Below are positions 39,585 to 49,887 of a stretch of 64,000 nt of DNA, in pieces. The stretch is from the NCBI GenBank assembly GCA_918797485.1, contig CAKKNE010000001.1:1860001-1924000 (forward strand), in the 5' to 3' direction. Every line of letters begins with the position of its first letter. Position 1 is the stretch's first letter. The stretch comes from Pelagomonas calceolata (taxonomy: Eukaryota). Under the pieces are notes generated by a model. The model ran no database searches. It worked only from the letters and a program-made list of their open reading frames with translations, and was not told the DNA's origin. The position numbers and the translations under genes are program-made.

Positions 39585-41150
39585 ATGGGCCGCGGCAGGA
39601 CTACGCGCCAGCTGCAGAAGGCCATCAATTACCCCGTGGGCGCCAGCGGCGACGACGACGCCGCGGCGACGGCGCCGGCCCCGAGAAGGCGCGCCGCGCC
39701 GACCGGGCGCCGTGTGCGAAAAGGCCGGCGCGACGGGACCGTATTCAAGGCCGACAGCAGCGACGAGGACGCCCCCACGACGCCGACGGGCTCGCAAGCG
39801 CCCGGCGTCGTCTCGATCGCGCACGTCGCTAATGATCAGCAGAAGAAGACGCCGGGCTTGCGCCGGAAGCGCCAAAACGCGAGGGATGGTGAAGAGGTCG
39901 AAGAAGACGCGCCCATGGAGGCCGTAGAAGATGGCGAGACCGCCGAGGTCCCGCCGAACATGCGCGAAGAAGTCGGCGGCGGCGGGCCCTTCGACAACGT
40001 GCCCCTAGATCCGCCCGCGCCCGCGCCCGAGGTGCTCACCGACCAGCTCGGAAAACGCCTCTCGATCAGCAAGGACGCGGGCGGCTCGGACGCGAGCATG
40101 AGCGACGACGAAGAGGAGGAGAGCGAGGAGGAGGCGCCGATCATGTGCCCGAACCAAGGGTGTGGCAAGGGCCCCTTCAAGAACGCTGCGGGGCTCAGGG
40201 CGCACCAGGGCAAGTGCAAGTGCCCCGCGCCGCCGCTCGTGCCGGTCGACGACGAGGCGGCGGCGGCGTTGAAGGAATTTGAGGAGGGCCTGGCGGCGGC
40301 CACGAACAAAGTAAACTTCGTTTTGAAGGAGCTCGGACTGTACAAAGACCTCAATAAGAAACCTGCGAACAAGTGGGGCAACGCGAGGAAGCTCGAGGAG
40401 TTGCGCAAGCTCATTGCAAGTGGTGCGGAAAAGTTGGAGAAGAAAGAAGGCGCTGGCATTTCAAAGCCGGTCGTGGTGTGGTGCGCGGATGAGGGCCTCG
40501 ACGCTCAAGTGCTTTTGTGTTTGGGCGGAGTGCGGCAGGCTTCGAAGTTGGAATCCCTTGATTTCGCGGGGAAGGTCGATGCGGGCGTGGACGCCATCCG
40601 TAAATTGATAAAGGCCGTCGCGGACGGCACGGAGAAGCACGACATCATCGGGGCGCGGTGGCCGACGGATGACGACTGGAAGGACGCCACCATCACCAAA
40701 GTCGCCCCCAATAAGCACGGCGGTAGCAGGCTCATTGGCCTGGGCCAGATCGAGCAGGAGCAGGCGGACGACCGCGCCACGCGCGCGAAGGACTTGGAGG
40801 CGAGGGCCGCGGCGGACGCGAAGCAGCACCGGGACTGGTGCCAGGTCGCCCACGCGACGCCCAACGCCGGCGCGCCCGTGTGGACGCGCCACGTCGATAA
40901 GGCGAGCGGCCGGCCCTACTGGTACAACGCGGCGAAGGGGCGGACGACATGGGACGACCCCTCGGCCTTCGTGGCGCGCTCGCGCGTCGAGCTCCCGGCG
41001 GACCCCGAGGAGCAGAAGCGGGCCATTGCGGCTACGTTTGCCCGCCGGCAGCGGGGTCGCGGCTTGGGCGACTTGATCTCGCCCGACCCTGCCGCGCGGG
41101 CGCGGGCCGTCGCGGCTACGACTGGCGATCACACGTACGACGCTTCGTAA
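39585..41150 (+). CDS. Zinc-finger and WW-domain protein
   Basis: CPNQGCGKGPFKNAAGLRAHQGKC (C2HC-like finger); WTRHVDKASGRPYWYNAAKGRTTWDDP (WW domain). Confidence 0.8.
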   Translation: MGRGRTTRQLQKAINYPVGASGDDDAAATAPAPRRRAAPTGRRVRKGRRDGTVFKADSSDEDAPTTPTGSQAPGVVSIAHVANDQQKKTPGLRRKRQNARDGEEVEEDAPMEAVEDGETAEVPPNMREEVGGGGPFDNVPLDPPAPAPEVLTDQLGKRLSISKDAGGSDASMSDDEEEESEEEAPIMCPNQGCGKGPFKNAAGLRAHQGKCKCPAPPLVPVDDEAAAALKEFEEGLAAATNKVNFVLKELGLYKDLNKKPANKWGNARKLEELRKLIASGAEKLEKKEGAGISKPVVVWCADEGLDAQVLLCLGGVRQASKLESLDFAGKVDAGVDAIRKLIKAVADGTEKHDIIGARWPTDDDWKDATITKVAPNKHGGSRLIGLGQIEQEQADDRATRAKDLEARAAADAKQHRDWCQVAHATPNAGAPVWTRHVDKASGRPYWYNAAKGRTTWDDPSAFVARSRVELPADPEEQKRAIAATFARRQRGRGLGDLISPDPAARARAVAATTGDHTYDAS

Positions 41151-41226
41151 GCGCCGACGTGGTCTTAGATGTGTAAGTTCAATAACTGACAAACACAAAA
41201 AGCGCCTCGTGGCGGGGGAGATCTAG

Positions 41227-41541
41227 CCCGCGCTACAACTTGGGTGGCGAACGTGCTACGTCACGGTCGGCCAGGCGTCCGAAGTCTTATACGCTGTCGC
41301 CGGGCAAGGAGGCGCGCCCGACGTCGTCGACGTGCTTTTGAGGGCTGGCGCCGAGCTCCGACCGTTCGACGGCCGGACCGCTCTGCACGCTGCGCTGAGC
41401 AACGGCCACGAGGAGGTGGCCACTGCACTCGTAGCCGCAGCGAGTCCCGACGTCGTGACGACCGCTCTTCAGCTGGCGCGGGCGAACGACTTCGGGCCCA
41501 TCGCGCGACGCATCGAGGCGCGCGTTCGACCAGCGAGCTAA
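41227..41541 (+). pseudogene. Ankyrin-repeat gene fragment without start codon
   Basis: DVVDVLLRAGAE...DGRTALHAALSNGHEEVATALV; frame closed upstream by TAG 41224-41226 with no ATG. Confidence 0.55.
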
Positions 41542-41582
41542 TGTTCTTGTTTTTGTAGACAATTCTTATACAGACAGACACC

Positions 41583-42422
41583 TCAGCGCCCGCCGAGGAC
41601 GCGCCCGCCGCCCCAGTTATGCCCTCCTCCCGGCGCTGCGGGCGGCGCCGCGCGAGGAGGCGCCGCGCGAATACTCCTGAACGGCGGGAAATAGCCGCCC
41701 GCCGCGAGCCAGGCCTCGAAGCACACGCCGAGCTCCTCGCGGCGCTGATGTTCAATTTCCTTGATATATCTAATCATAGCGCCCGCGTTGAGCTTCTTCT
41801 TCTCACCCGGCAGGCTGAAAGTGTTCTGGTGGTACTCGCCCGACGGCTTGCGGTGCCACTGGTAGCCGAACTCGTAGGCGCGGCGCAGCCCGCCGCACAC
41901 GTTGGCCAGGCGATCCAACACGATCTCGCACTTGACAGAGCAGCCGCCTCTCCCTCGGCCGACGGCTCCTAATGTTGGATGGTGAAACGTCCGCCCGCCG
42001 CAGCCGCGGCCCGGGAGGTTGTGCGTCGCCCAGCGCGGGTCGACTTCGTGGACGTCGACGCCGGCGTTAACCGGGCGCGCCGCACTCGTTGGCGGCACGT
42101 TGCGCGGCGCGTCGTCGTCGTCTGCGTCGACGTCGATGACCACGTGAGGCTCTGCTGGCGGCGCGGCGGCGGGTGCTTTCGTGCGGCGGCGCTTTGGCTT
42201 CGGCGGTGGCTCTTCATCCTCCACCGCTTCGCTCACGCGAGGAGGTGCGAATTCCTCGGAGTAGCGCTTCGTGGGCACGGAGCGGCGGCGTGGCGCCTCC
42301 GGTGCCTCGCGCAGGCCCGGAGCATTGTGGTTTTTGTAGCCGGGTGCACGGACTGGTGGTGCGCGGTCCTCGTCGTCGCTGGCGCTGTCGAATGTGAGGT
42401 CCAGCACCTCGGGCTCTGCCAT
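41583..42422 (-). CDS. Hypothetical protein with SIM-like and SHP-box-like motifs
   Basis: MAEPEVLDLTFDS, HVVIDVDADDD and C-terminal NWGGGRVLGGR. Confidence 0.7.
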   Translation of the reverse strand: MAEPEVLDLTFDSASDDEDRAPPVRAPGYKNHNAPGLREAPEAPRRRSVPTKRYSEEFAPPRVSEAVEDEEPPPKPKRRRTKAPAAAPPAEPHVVIDVDADDDDAPRNVPPTSAARPVNAGVDVHEVDPRWATHNLPGRGCGGRTFHHPTLGAVGRGRGGCSVKCEIVLDRLANVCGGLRRAYEFGYQWHRKPSGEYHQNTFSLPGEKKKLNAGAMIRYIKEIEHQRREELGVCFEAWLAAGGYFPPFRSIRAAPPRAAPPAAPGGGHNWGGGRVLGGR

Positions 42423-42575
42423 ACTCAGCTAAGCTCGCTCCGTGTGGCTTTCTGTGTGGGCTGTTTGCCAGAAGCGCTGTGCGGCACTGCCGCGCGCGGT
42501 TTAACGAGCTTTTCGGGTATGTAACGCACGCACAGAGGCATGCACTGCATCGATCCTAAATTAATCGAGAGCTTG

Positions 42576-42596
42576 CTAGTGTGTCTCAGGCGCTAG
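42576..42596 (+). promoter_or_regulatory. CTAG-box motif copy
   Basis: CTAGTGTGTCTCAGGCGCTAG in a divergent promoter. Confidence 0.6.
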
Positions 42597-42926
42597 TTCG
42601 GAACCCGCACGAAGCAATGTACGTCTTGAGCGGTCCATAGCGGCGGTTCACGTCTCGAGATACACCTCAGAGTCCTCTACGCGCAAAAAAGTTGCCACTC
42701 ACGTCCTGAGCGCGCACATTTTGAGCATCGACGCTGTTTACGCTGTAGCTCGGCCACCACCGACGTTACATAGTCCACACAAGTTCTCTGGCCTCTCAGC
42801 TAAGGGTCGCAGCAGACTCCGCGCGAACGCTCTTCACGGGTGTGTAAAAAGCGGGAAACAGGCACACAGAGCGTAACCCCCAAAGTCCCCGATAAGCGCG
42901 CGACCGAAGAAGTCACATCGAAAAAG

Positions 42927-44314
42927 ATGAACAACCAGCCGCCGCAACGCCCGCGAAGCCCGCCGCGAGGTGGTCAGGCGCCCCCGATGATGCCGCCGTC
43001 GCCCAAGGTGGCCAAGATGGGAGGAGCGCCGCCGGCCGTGATGCGCCCGGCCGCCGCGCCGCCGATCGTCCCGCCCATCGCGGCGCCGCGGCCTCCCCAG
43101 CCGCCCGCGCCCAAGCCGGCCGCGCCGCCCGCCGCCAAGCCGCCGCCGTCGCCCCAGATCGACCCGGCCGCCGAGGCTAGAGCCCGGGCCGAAGCCCAGA
43201 AGGCCGCCGCCGCGAAGGCCCGCGCCGCTGCTGAAGCCAAGGCCCGCAAAGAGGCGGAAGCGGTGTCGCGCCGTGTCGAATCAAACTTCACGCGGCCCAC
43301 GCCATCGACGCGACGTTGTCACCGTAAACGCGCATGCTCGATGGACGAGACTCACACTGAGGTTGATTTCTACACAGATTGCTAAGGCTGAGGAGGATGC
43401 TCGCAAGAAGCGCGCCGCAGCGCTCGCCGAGGCGTTCGGAGCGGTGTCCCGAATTTTCGATCGTTGTCCTACTCGAGCTCAGATGTGATTCACACACAGG
43501 GAGGCCGCGGCCAAGAAGAAGCTTCAGGAAGAGGCCGCCGCCCTCGCGAAAGCTCACGCCGAGGCCGCCGCCAAGGAGAAGGCTGCCGCCGAGAAGCGCA
43601 AAGCTGAGGAGGAGAAGGTATGTGGAACCGAGTCCGATGTGACGGTCGCGCCCATGTCACCGGTCCATTGCCCCGCAGGCGCGCAAAAAAGCGGAGGAAG
43701 AAGCTAGGAAGCGCGCCGCCGCCATTGCGAAAGCTGAGGCGGAAGCTAAAGCTGCGGCAGAGGCGCGCGCCGCGGAAGAAGCCAAGGCCAAGGCCCAGGC
43801 CAAGGGCCTCGTGGCCGCCGTCGCCATAAAACAAGCCAAGGATCAAGAGGCGGCGGTCGCCGAGGCGTCGAAGAAAGCGGAGGCGGCGGCCGCCGCGGAG
43901 GCCGAAGCACAGGTCGCCGCCGAGGCCGCGTCGCGGGAGGCCGCGGCCGCGCGCAAGCGGGCGGATTCGGAAGCAGGGACGCTAGCGGAGCTCAAGCGCA
44001 AGGCGTCGGCGTTAGAAAAGGACGCCAAGGCCGCCGGCGCGACGATCCCGGACCTCGACAAGCCCGAGCCGAAGAAGCCCGCCGCCAAGAAGGGCAAGAA
44101 ATCGTCGGGCGGCTCGAAGAAGCGCAAGTCCGAGGCCATCTCCGAGGAGGAGCCCGCGGCGGAGGCGGCGGGCGGCGACGACGCGATGGATATGACCGCG
44201 GTGAACAAGCTCACAGCCGACAAGTTGAAGAAAGAGCTGAAAAAGCGCAAGCTTGATGACAAGGGCAAGAAGGCCGAACTCAAAGCGCGGCTCGTCGAAG
44301 CACTCGGACTCTAG
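42927..44314 (+). CDS. Pro/Ala/Lys-rich coiled-coil protein with C-terminal SAP domain, 4 exons (introns 43263-43377, 43434-43499, 43618-43678)
   Basis: Frame-consistent GT-AG splices checked by hand; C-terminal VNKLTADKLKKELKKRKLDDKGKKAELKARLVEAL = SAP motif. Confidence 0.8.
43263..43377 (+). mobile_element. Degenerate introner-like intron
   Basis: GTN6 then CCGTGTCGAATCAA...TTGATTTCTACACAG inverted ends; internal ACGCCATCGACGCGAC; TSD not retained. Confidence 0.7.
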
Positions 44315-44929
44315 GCGCTCGGCCTCTGAACATCGGGGTGGTAGCCTCCCCCTCCCCATCCCTGTCCGTGATCGGTGAGCTAGGATCCCTTCGGTAAGCT
44401 CTGCTGGTTGAATACACGCCTCGACGCCATCGCCGCGTCGACGGCGTCGAGCGAAGCCTGAAATTCGGGGCTAGCGTAATCGACTTACTAGCAAATTCAA
44501 AAATACGCCTCGATAGCGTCAAAAGAATGACCCAAATTCAGAATACACCCCAGTCGATCGCCGCGACCAAAGATTTCAGAATAGCTGCCCGGGAACATAC
44601 CCTCGCGCCTCCCGGAAGGCACCGCCCGCGACATTCACGGATGACCCTTACGGCTCGCCAAAATACACCAGCGATTGACAGCGCCATTTCCCATCCAAAT
44701 AAGACATTATATCAACTCCAGCCCAGTTTTCATACAAGTTCGACGGAACCGGAGCCGACGGCCCGCGCTCGGAGGGCGGGAACAGAATTCTACTAGACAA
44801 CTCTCGCGTTTATGTTCGTTTCCTTCCGTTTGTTGGTGGTAGAGTCCATCTAACCCGCATCAGCGACCACTGAGCTATTTTAGATGTTCCGTTAGAGCCG
44901 CGCGAAACGACGAATCCGTGACCCTCCGT

Positions 44930-45325
44930 TTTTAACAAGGCGGGCTCGTAGCCTGGACCCGCGAGTATCAGCGATCACACTACCCCAATGGACCATAACG
45001 CCGTTGTTCTATTCACGATCGACCGACTTGCCCGTTCTCCGCGGGCGACGGTACGTTGACGGAGCACCGGAAAGGCCCCAGACCAGTGGTTTGTAAAGTA
45101 AATTTACGTTTCAGGCGCTTTAGTTATGGGACGGGCCAGATAACTGGCCTGATTGTGTACTACATTGCTCCGAGACCCAAAGATGCTCGGCGCGGGTCGT
45201 CGGTCTCGCGAGCCCACGATCTGGTGTAAAGGAGCTCTAGACCTGGACCTGCGACCATCAGCCCGTCTACCATCACCATGGACCATAATGCGATCATTTG
45301 TTTCATGACCGACCGACTTGTGCGA
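44930..45325 (-). repeat. Two reverse-orientation copies of the 22621-family repeat
   Basis: GGACCATAA...TTCA(C/T)GA(T/C)CGACCGACTTG at about 44990-45030 and 45280-45320; reverse complement matches CAAGTCGGTCGATCATGAA...TATGTCC. Confidence 0.75.
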
Positions 45326-45927
45326 GGTCCAGATCAAGATGTTCACGTCCCGAGCGTGGTCGGCCAAAAGTACCCTTCTTATAGTGTAGATGTCATATAC
45401 TTGTAATTGACTATCGGTGGGGTAGTATGGGGTCCAACGAGACCGCTACGGCGACTACTGGGGCCCCTAAAAAATTAACGTTTTTTACGGGAACGGGGCG
45501 CCATCGGGCCCAAATTATTTACTTTTTTCGGATGTAGAACGGCTTCTGAACCCCCTTTGGGGTAGATCTGGTGGTGGGTAGTCGCCTACACCGCATGCGC
45601 AGGCGCTTGTGGGTCCCAGAGGGCTCTGAAAGCAAAACTTGGGGGATTACTGCCCAAGCCAGATGCCTGGCTGAGCACCTGTACTGATATGTCTCTACCG
45701 ATGGAAGCCCTCGCGCTTGCGGCGTAGGCGCTTGCCCACGTCTAGTATCGATCCCAGGCGACTCCAGGGAGACCCCCGGACCACGAATTGACAGGATTCC
45801 AATTTTTTTTTTTACTAGTAGGCGCGCAACACCGGGTCCGCCGCCCAAGTACGCCATCAATGCAACGGTCGCGGCGATGGCGCCCCGGTAGATTGGGAGT
45901 CAAACGACGATAGTTAGTCACAATACG

Positions 45928-46713
45928 CTATCGCGCAGGCACAAGCGCGGGCCACCGCTCCCTCAATGAAGACGCCTCCGTGTCGCGCGATGCGAGCAGT
46001 TCAGAAATCGACGGCGCCGGCGCCGCCCCCAGGTGCAACGACGGCACAAGAGCGGCAAGAAAAGCATCCCAGGCCGGCAGCGACCACTCCTCCACGTGCC
46101 GCGTCACTAATCCATTTTCATCGAGCGTAAACGTCGTCCGGCCGACGAACGGCTTTATGGATGGCTTCCACGGCAGCCCTAATCGCCCAGCAAGCCGCCA
46201 CTCCGCCACAATATCATCCCCGACCAGGCGCGGCTCCTCGAGCAACTCGAGCGACGAGCTCCGCCGATCAAACAAGCCCTTCAGCGCGGAAGCAAACACT
46301 TCCGGCGACCGCACGGGCATGTCCGGGTCCGGACTATCAAAAAAGCAGCGCGGGTGGTAGTGGTCCAAGCTGAGTCGGCCGGTCACGTAATAGCGGTTCA
46401 TAAAATCCTGTTTTATTGCCGAGAGCGTCTCTTCCCTCGTCCAAACGTGAGTGGGCGCTTCCACAGTAGAAGTGTACATGAAACCGAGGATGGACTTGTG
46501 CCGCGCCGCGAGCCATGCCGTCGACTGGCGCGCGGCGTCGGCGGCGTCGAGGAAGCGGCGGCGGAAGAACGGGCATTTTAGGGATTCGGCCTTCGCCTCC
46601 AGTTGGTCGGCGAGGGGCGCGGCGTGGAGGCGCGTCGACGGGCGTTGCGGCGCGAGCGCGCAGCTGGTCTGGAAGAGCAGTGCCAAGAGGGATATGCGCC
46701 CTGGGGACGGCAT
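45928..46713 (-). CDS. DUF2358/SnoaL-like protein with signal/transit peptide
   Basis: YYVTGRLSLDHYHPRCFFDSPDP, WRLAGRLGLPWKPSIKPFVGRTTFTLDENGLVTRHVEEW. Confidence 0.8.
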   Translation of the reverse strand: MPSPGRISLLALLFQTSCALAPQRPSTRLHAAPLADQLEAKAESLKCPFFRRRFLDAADAARQSTAWLAARHKSILGFMYTSTVEAPTHVWTREETLSAIKQDFMNRYYVTGRLSLDHYHPRCFFDSPDPDMPVRSPEVFASALKGLFDRRSSSLELLEEPRLVGDDIVAEWRLAGRLGLPWKPSIKPFVGRTTFTLDENGLVTRHVEEWSLPAWDAFLAALVPSLHLGAAPAPSISELLASRDTEASSLRERWPALVPAR

Positions 46714-46924
46714 CTTTGCTCGCAGGCCCCTTGGATCTGTTAAGAAGCCCTCCGAAACGGCCGCTGCACCAGTTCTGCGGTGGGTGTGTAGTCGTCGTTC
46801 CGGCCCCTTGAACGCCGAGCCTGGCGTTTTGGGCTGGACGAGAAAGGCCCGCGCGGATGGGCACGCACGCTTGCTAGCGCCTCGGAAAGCGTGGTAGACG
46901 ATTACAGGCGTATTTCGCGTCAGG

Positions 46925-46946
46925 CTAGTGTCTTACCGGACGCTAG
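46925..46946 (+). promoter_or_regulatory. CTAG-box motif copy
   Basis: CTAGTGTCTTACCGGACGCTAG in a divergent promoter. Confidence 0.65.
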
Positions 46947-47214
46947 GCGGTATTTTAATTTGGCAAGCAGCGAGGCACGCTCGTAGTTACACGTACTTAC
47001 GCCTACATATCGTCTTAGTGGTGCCCTCGCTGCTGTGCACCGGCACGCCATCGCTGCGGCACGGCAACAGTCGCTGCAAGCTCATACACTCATCTGCTGT
47101 AGTTTAGCGCGGTGCGCAGCGCGAGCCGTAAGCGATTGCCAGGGTAGAGCCGACCGGACACCTCACACTGCAGGAAGAAAAAAGGACAGCTCGCACTGCA
47201 CGAAAAAAAAAGGG

Positions 47215-47691
47215 ATGGCCGACGCACCAATAGCGCGCCTGCGAGCCAAGGCCCGCGTCATCCTCACGTCGATCCAGGGCCTCGTCGTGCAGGCCCAGAC
47301 GACGCTCGACCGCGGCGAGGTCCTGGCGCAGTTCGCGACCTTGCAGAGCCAGTTCGATGAACTACGGAACGACATCGCGACGAGCCGCGTGCTGCAGTAT
47401 TTCGCATTCGTGCCCGGGGAGGACCCGGGGCCCGCCGCGGGCGAGATCCCCAACTTATTTAGCGTGCGCGAGACGCCGGCCATGGAGGCCCAGGCCGCCG
47501 AGGAAGCGCAGCTCCCGCCCGCGAACCTGTCGGCCTCGCGGATCCACGACCACAACCGGCTCGTCGACGATGTTGTTCAATTATTAGCGGAGAGGCCGAA
47601 ACGCGGCGAAAAACGACGGCGCGCGAACGATGGGGCGAGTAGCGCGCCAGGGGGGGACGAGGTCGCGACGGCGTGGCCAGAGAACTTGTGA
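47215..47691 (+). CDS. MED8: Probable Mediator subunit 8
   Basis: RLRAKARVILTSI...EVLAQFATLQSQFDEL...LQYFAFVP...IPNLFSVRETPAME...RIHDHNRLV follows the Med8 pattern; recognised by eye. Confidence 0.6.
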   Translation: MADAPIARLRAKARVILTSIQGLVVQAQTTLDRGEVLAQFATLQSQFDELRNDIATSRVLQYFAFVPGEDPGPAAGEIPNLFSVRETPAMEAQAAEEAQLPPANLSASRIHDHNRLVDDVVQLLAERPKRGEKRRRANDGASSAPGGDEVATAWPENL

Positions 47692-47714
47692 CACATGTAG
47701 TAAACTTAGTAAAC

Positions 47715-48893
47715 TTAAACATTGGCTAACCGAGCCGCCTTCACACACGCCGTCGAGCAGTAGTAGATCCCGCACATCTCGAAGTAGTCCGTCATTTTGC
47801 CCGGGAGGCCCGTGTCGCACTCGGGACACCTCACGGCGGCCGCGCGGACGGCCTCGGCGTGGCGCTCGGCAGCTTCTGCTTTTTTTTGGGCCTTCGCAGC
47901 CAGGGCCTTCTCGGCCGCCTGACGCTTCTTTTTCTCTTTGGCCCGCTGCCGCTCGCGGGCCTTCTTCTCGCGGCGGCGCTCTGCGGCCAGAGCGGCCTGT
48001 ATGGCGGCATCAGCTGCGTCGCGGTCCGCGCCGAGCGCCGCCAGCCGCGCGGCGGCCGCATCGACGGCGTCGGCGGCGGCTGATGCTTCACGTCGCGCCT
48101 CGGCGCGGGCGGCGTCGCGCGCGGCGTCTGCGGCGGCGTCGGATCGCTTCTTCGCGGCGGCCCAAGCTCTAGCTTCTGCAAGCGCGTCGCGCCGCTTGCG
48201 TTCGTCGTCTCGTCTTCGTTGCGCCTCGGCCTCCGTCCGCGCGGCGACGGCTTCCCGGCGAGCGGCCTCGGCGGCGATCCGCCGGGCGCCTTTCTCGGCC
48301 TCGCGCGCCGCGCGCCGCCGGTCCGCCGCGACGGCAGCGGCAGCGGAGCGCCGGGCCGCGGCGACGGCGTCTTCCTCGCCGCGCTGCCGCGCCAAATCCG
48401 CGAAGCCCTCATTTTGCACGGTCCTTGGCGGCGGTGGCGGCCGGTCCACGAGCGACGGGAATGCCTCCTCCGCCGCGTCAGCCTCGGCGTGGACGAACGG
48501 CGCCTCGTCGTCGTCGACGACTCGCATGCCTCCACTTGAGCGATTCCGGCTGTAGTAGTCGAGGAGCGCATTCGTGACGACGGCCGCCTCGCGATCCGCG
48601 CCGGCCGACTCCTGCGCGTGCAGCGCCTCGACGCGTCGCGAGCCGTCGCCCACGTGTTCGTCCAGCGCGCGGCACACGGCCCGCGACAATGGAGCGCGCG
48701 TGCAGGGGTTCTCCAGCCTCCCGGTATCGATCAGGTAGCCGTGCAGGCTGTCCGCATCAAAATAGCTGCCGTCTAAAAAGAACGGGGCCGTGGTCATCGT
48801 GTTGATCGGCTCCAGCGTGATCGGACACTCGTCTTCGATGCGGGCCCACCAGCGCATCTCCGGCGGCGTCTCGGCGGCGTCAAGGGTGCCCAT
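47715..48893 (-). CDS. U-box/RING-like, coiled-coil and C-terminal treble-clef zinc finger protein
   Basis: ECPITLEPI...ENPCTRAPL; C-terminal CPEC...FEMCGIYYCSTACVKAAR resembles the Vms1/ANKZF1-associated finger. Confidence 0.7.
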   Translation of the reverse strand: MGTLDAAETPPEMRWWARIEDECPITLEPINTMTTAPFFLDGSYFDADSLHGYLIDTGRLENPCTRAPLSRAVCRALDEHVGDGSRRVEALHAQESAGADREAAVVTNALLDYYSRNRSSGGMRVVDDDEAPFVHAEADAAEEAFPSLVDRPPPPPRTVQNEGFADLARQRGEEDAVAAARRSAAAAVAADRRRAAREAEKGARRIAAEAARREAVAARTEAEAQRRRDDERKRRDALAEARAWAAAKKRSDAAADAARDAARAEARREASAAADAVDAAAARLAALGADRDAADAAIQAALAAERRREKKARERQRAKEKKKRQAAEKALAAKAQKKAEAAERHAEAVRAAAVRCPECDTGLPGKMTDYFEMCGIYYCSTACVKAARLANV

Positions 48894-49682
48894 AGCTGTC
48901 TGCACAGTCCGCAATGGGCCAAAGCGCTGCTCGCGCGGTGCACGTGTGTAGGCAGCGGTCCTCCGACAAACCAGCGGCCCCCAATTCAGTCTGTGGCGGC
49001 CACTGTCCTGAGCTAAAGTTTGTTGTGCTTGCCTAGCCTAGCCTCTGCTTAACCGACGGGTTTTTGCGCGCGGTCTTGCGGGACCCCCCCAGGCGGATCC
49101 TGCTCCCAGACCCGACGGTGAAGACGTGACGCTGGATTCGGACCTTTAGAGGCCTGGTTCTAGTCGTCCATCCCCCCTGAGCTAGGCTAGCGTTCCCAAA
49201 ACCGAGTAACTAGTATATATACTTTCTTGCGGGACCCCTCCCCGCCCCAGGGGACTCGTCGCAGAGGTCGTGCAGCGATGTGCGGGAAAAAAAAGGGGAA
49301 CCGCCGCCGCACAACCTTGGTCTGCTGAACGCGGACGCGAAGGCGCTTTGCTTGAGACCCGACCCAGAGCTAGTCAAGGTATTCCGGATCCCGCCGCGCC
49401 GCCGCTCCGTGGAGTCGTGCCCGAGTGCCGCCGCCGACGAGTTGCCCGCGGCCCGCCGCCGGCCCGCCGCCGCACCCGCGGGTTAGTCACGAAAAACACT
49501 CCCGCGGTTGCAACATTGCGCCGACGAAGGACCCGGGGTGTAGTCATCGGAAGCAGCTTGAATTGCTGGGGTGAGTCAACATCGCCAATGAAGGCCCGTC
49601 GACCCGTTGAATTGCGAGGAAGCCGAGGATGAATCGCCTACTTGCCCAACATGTCACGCCGCTGCTTGCTAGGCTTGGATTC

Positions 49683-49703
49683 CTAGTGTGTTCAGACCGC
49701 TAG
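49683..49703 (+). promoter_or_regulatory. CTAG-box motif copy
   Basis: CTAGTGTGTTCAGACCGCTAG about 185 bp upstream of ATG 49888. Confidence 0.6.
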
Positions 49704-49887
49704 CTGCACAAAAAGACCCAGCGCCGTAGGAGCGCCGTACAGCTGTGCAGAGGTCAACGCCGACCGCTCATCATTTCTACTCAGTGGTACGCTGCGCTTG
49801 AGTAGCGTAAAAGCACCGCTCGAGCCACGCAGCAGCTTTGCTCTCACAGTGCAGGCTGCTGCAGCGCTGCAAAACACAGCCTCAGAG

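Noticed and set aside
41147..41290. Splicing of the WW gene (GTAAG at 41147) into the ankyrin fragment
   Set aside because: The donor is phase 2 and nearby AG acceptors are phase 0 or 1 in the ankyrin frame
44761..44796. Confident Helitron 3' end
   Set aside because: Hairpin plus CTAG is present, but the next base is A rather than T and no 5' end or Rep/helicase ORF was found
49075..49632. Short ORFs and a repeated CTTGCGGGACCCC in the intergenic region
   Set aside because: No ATG-started motif-bearing ORF and only a two-copy 13-mer; insufficient support
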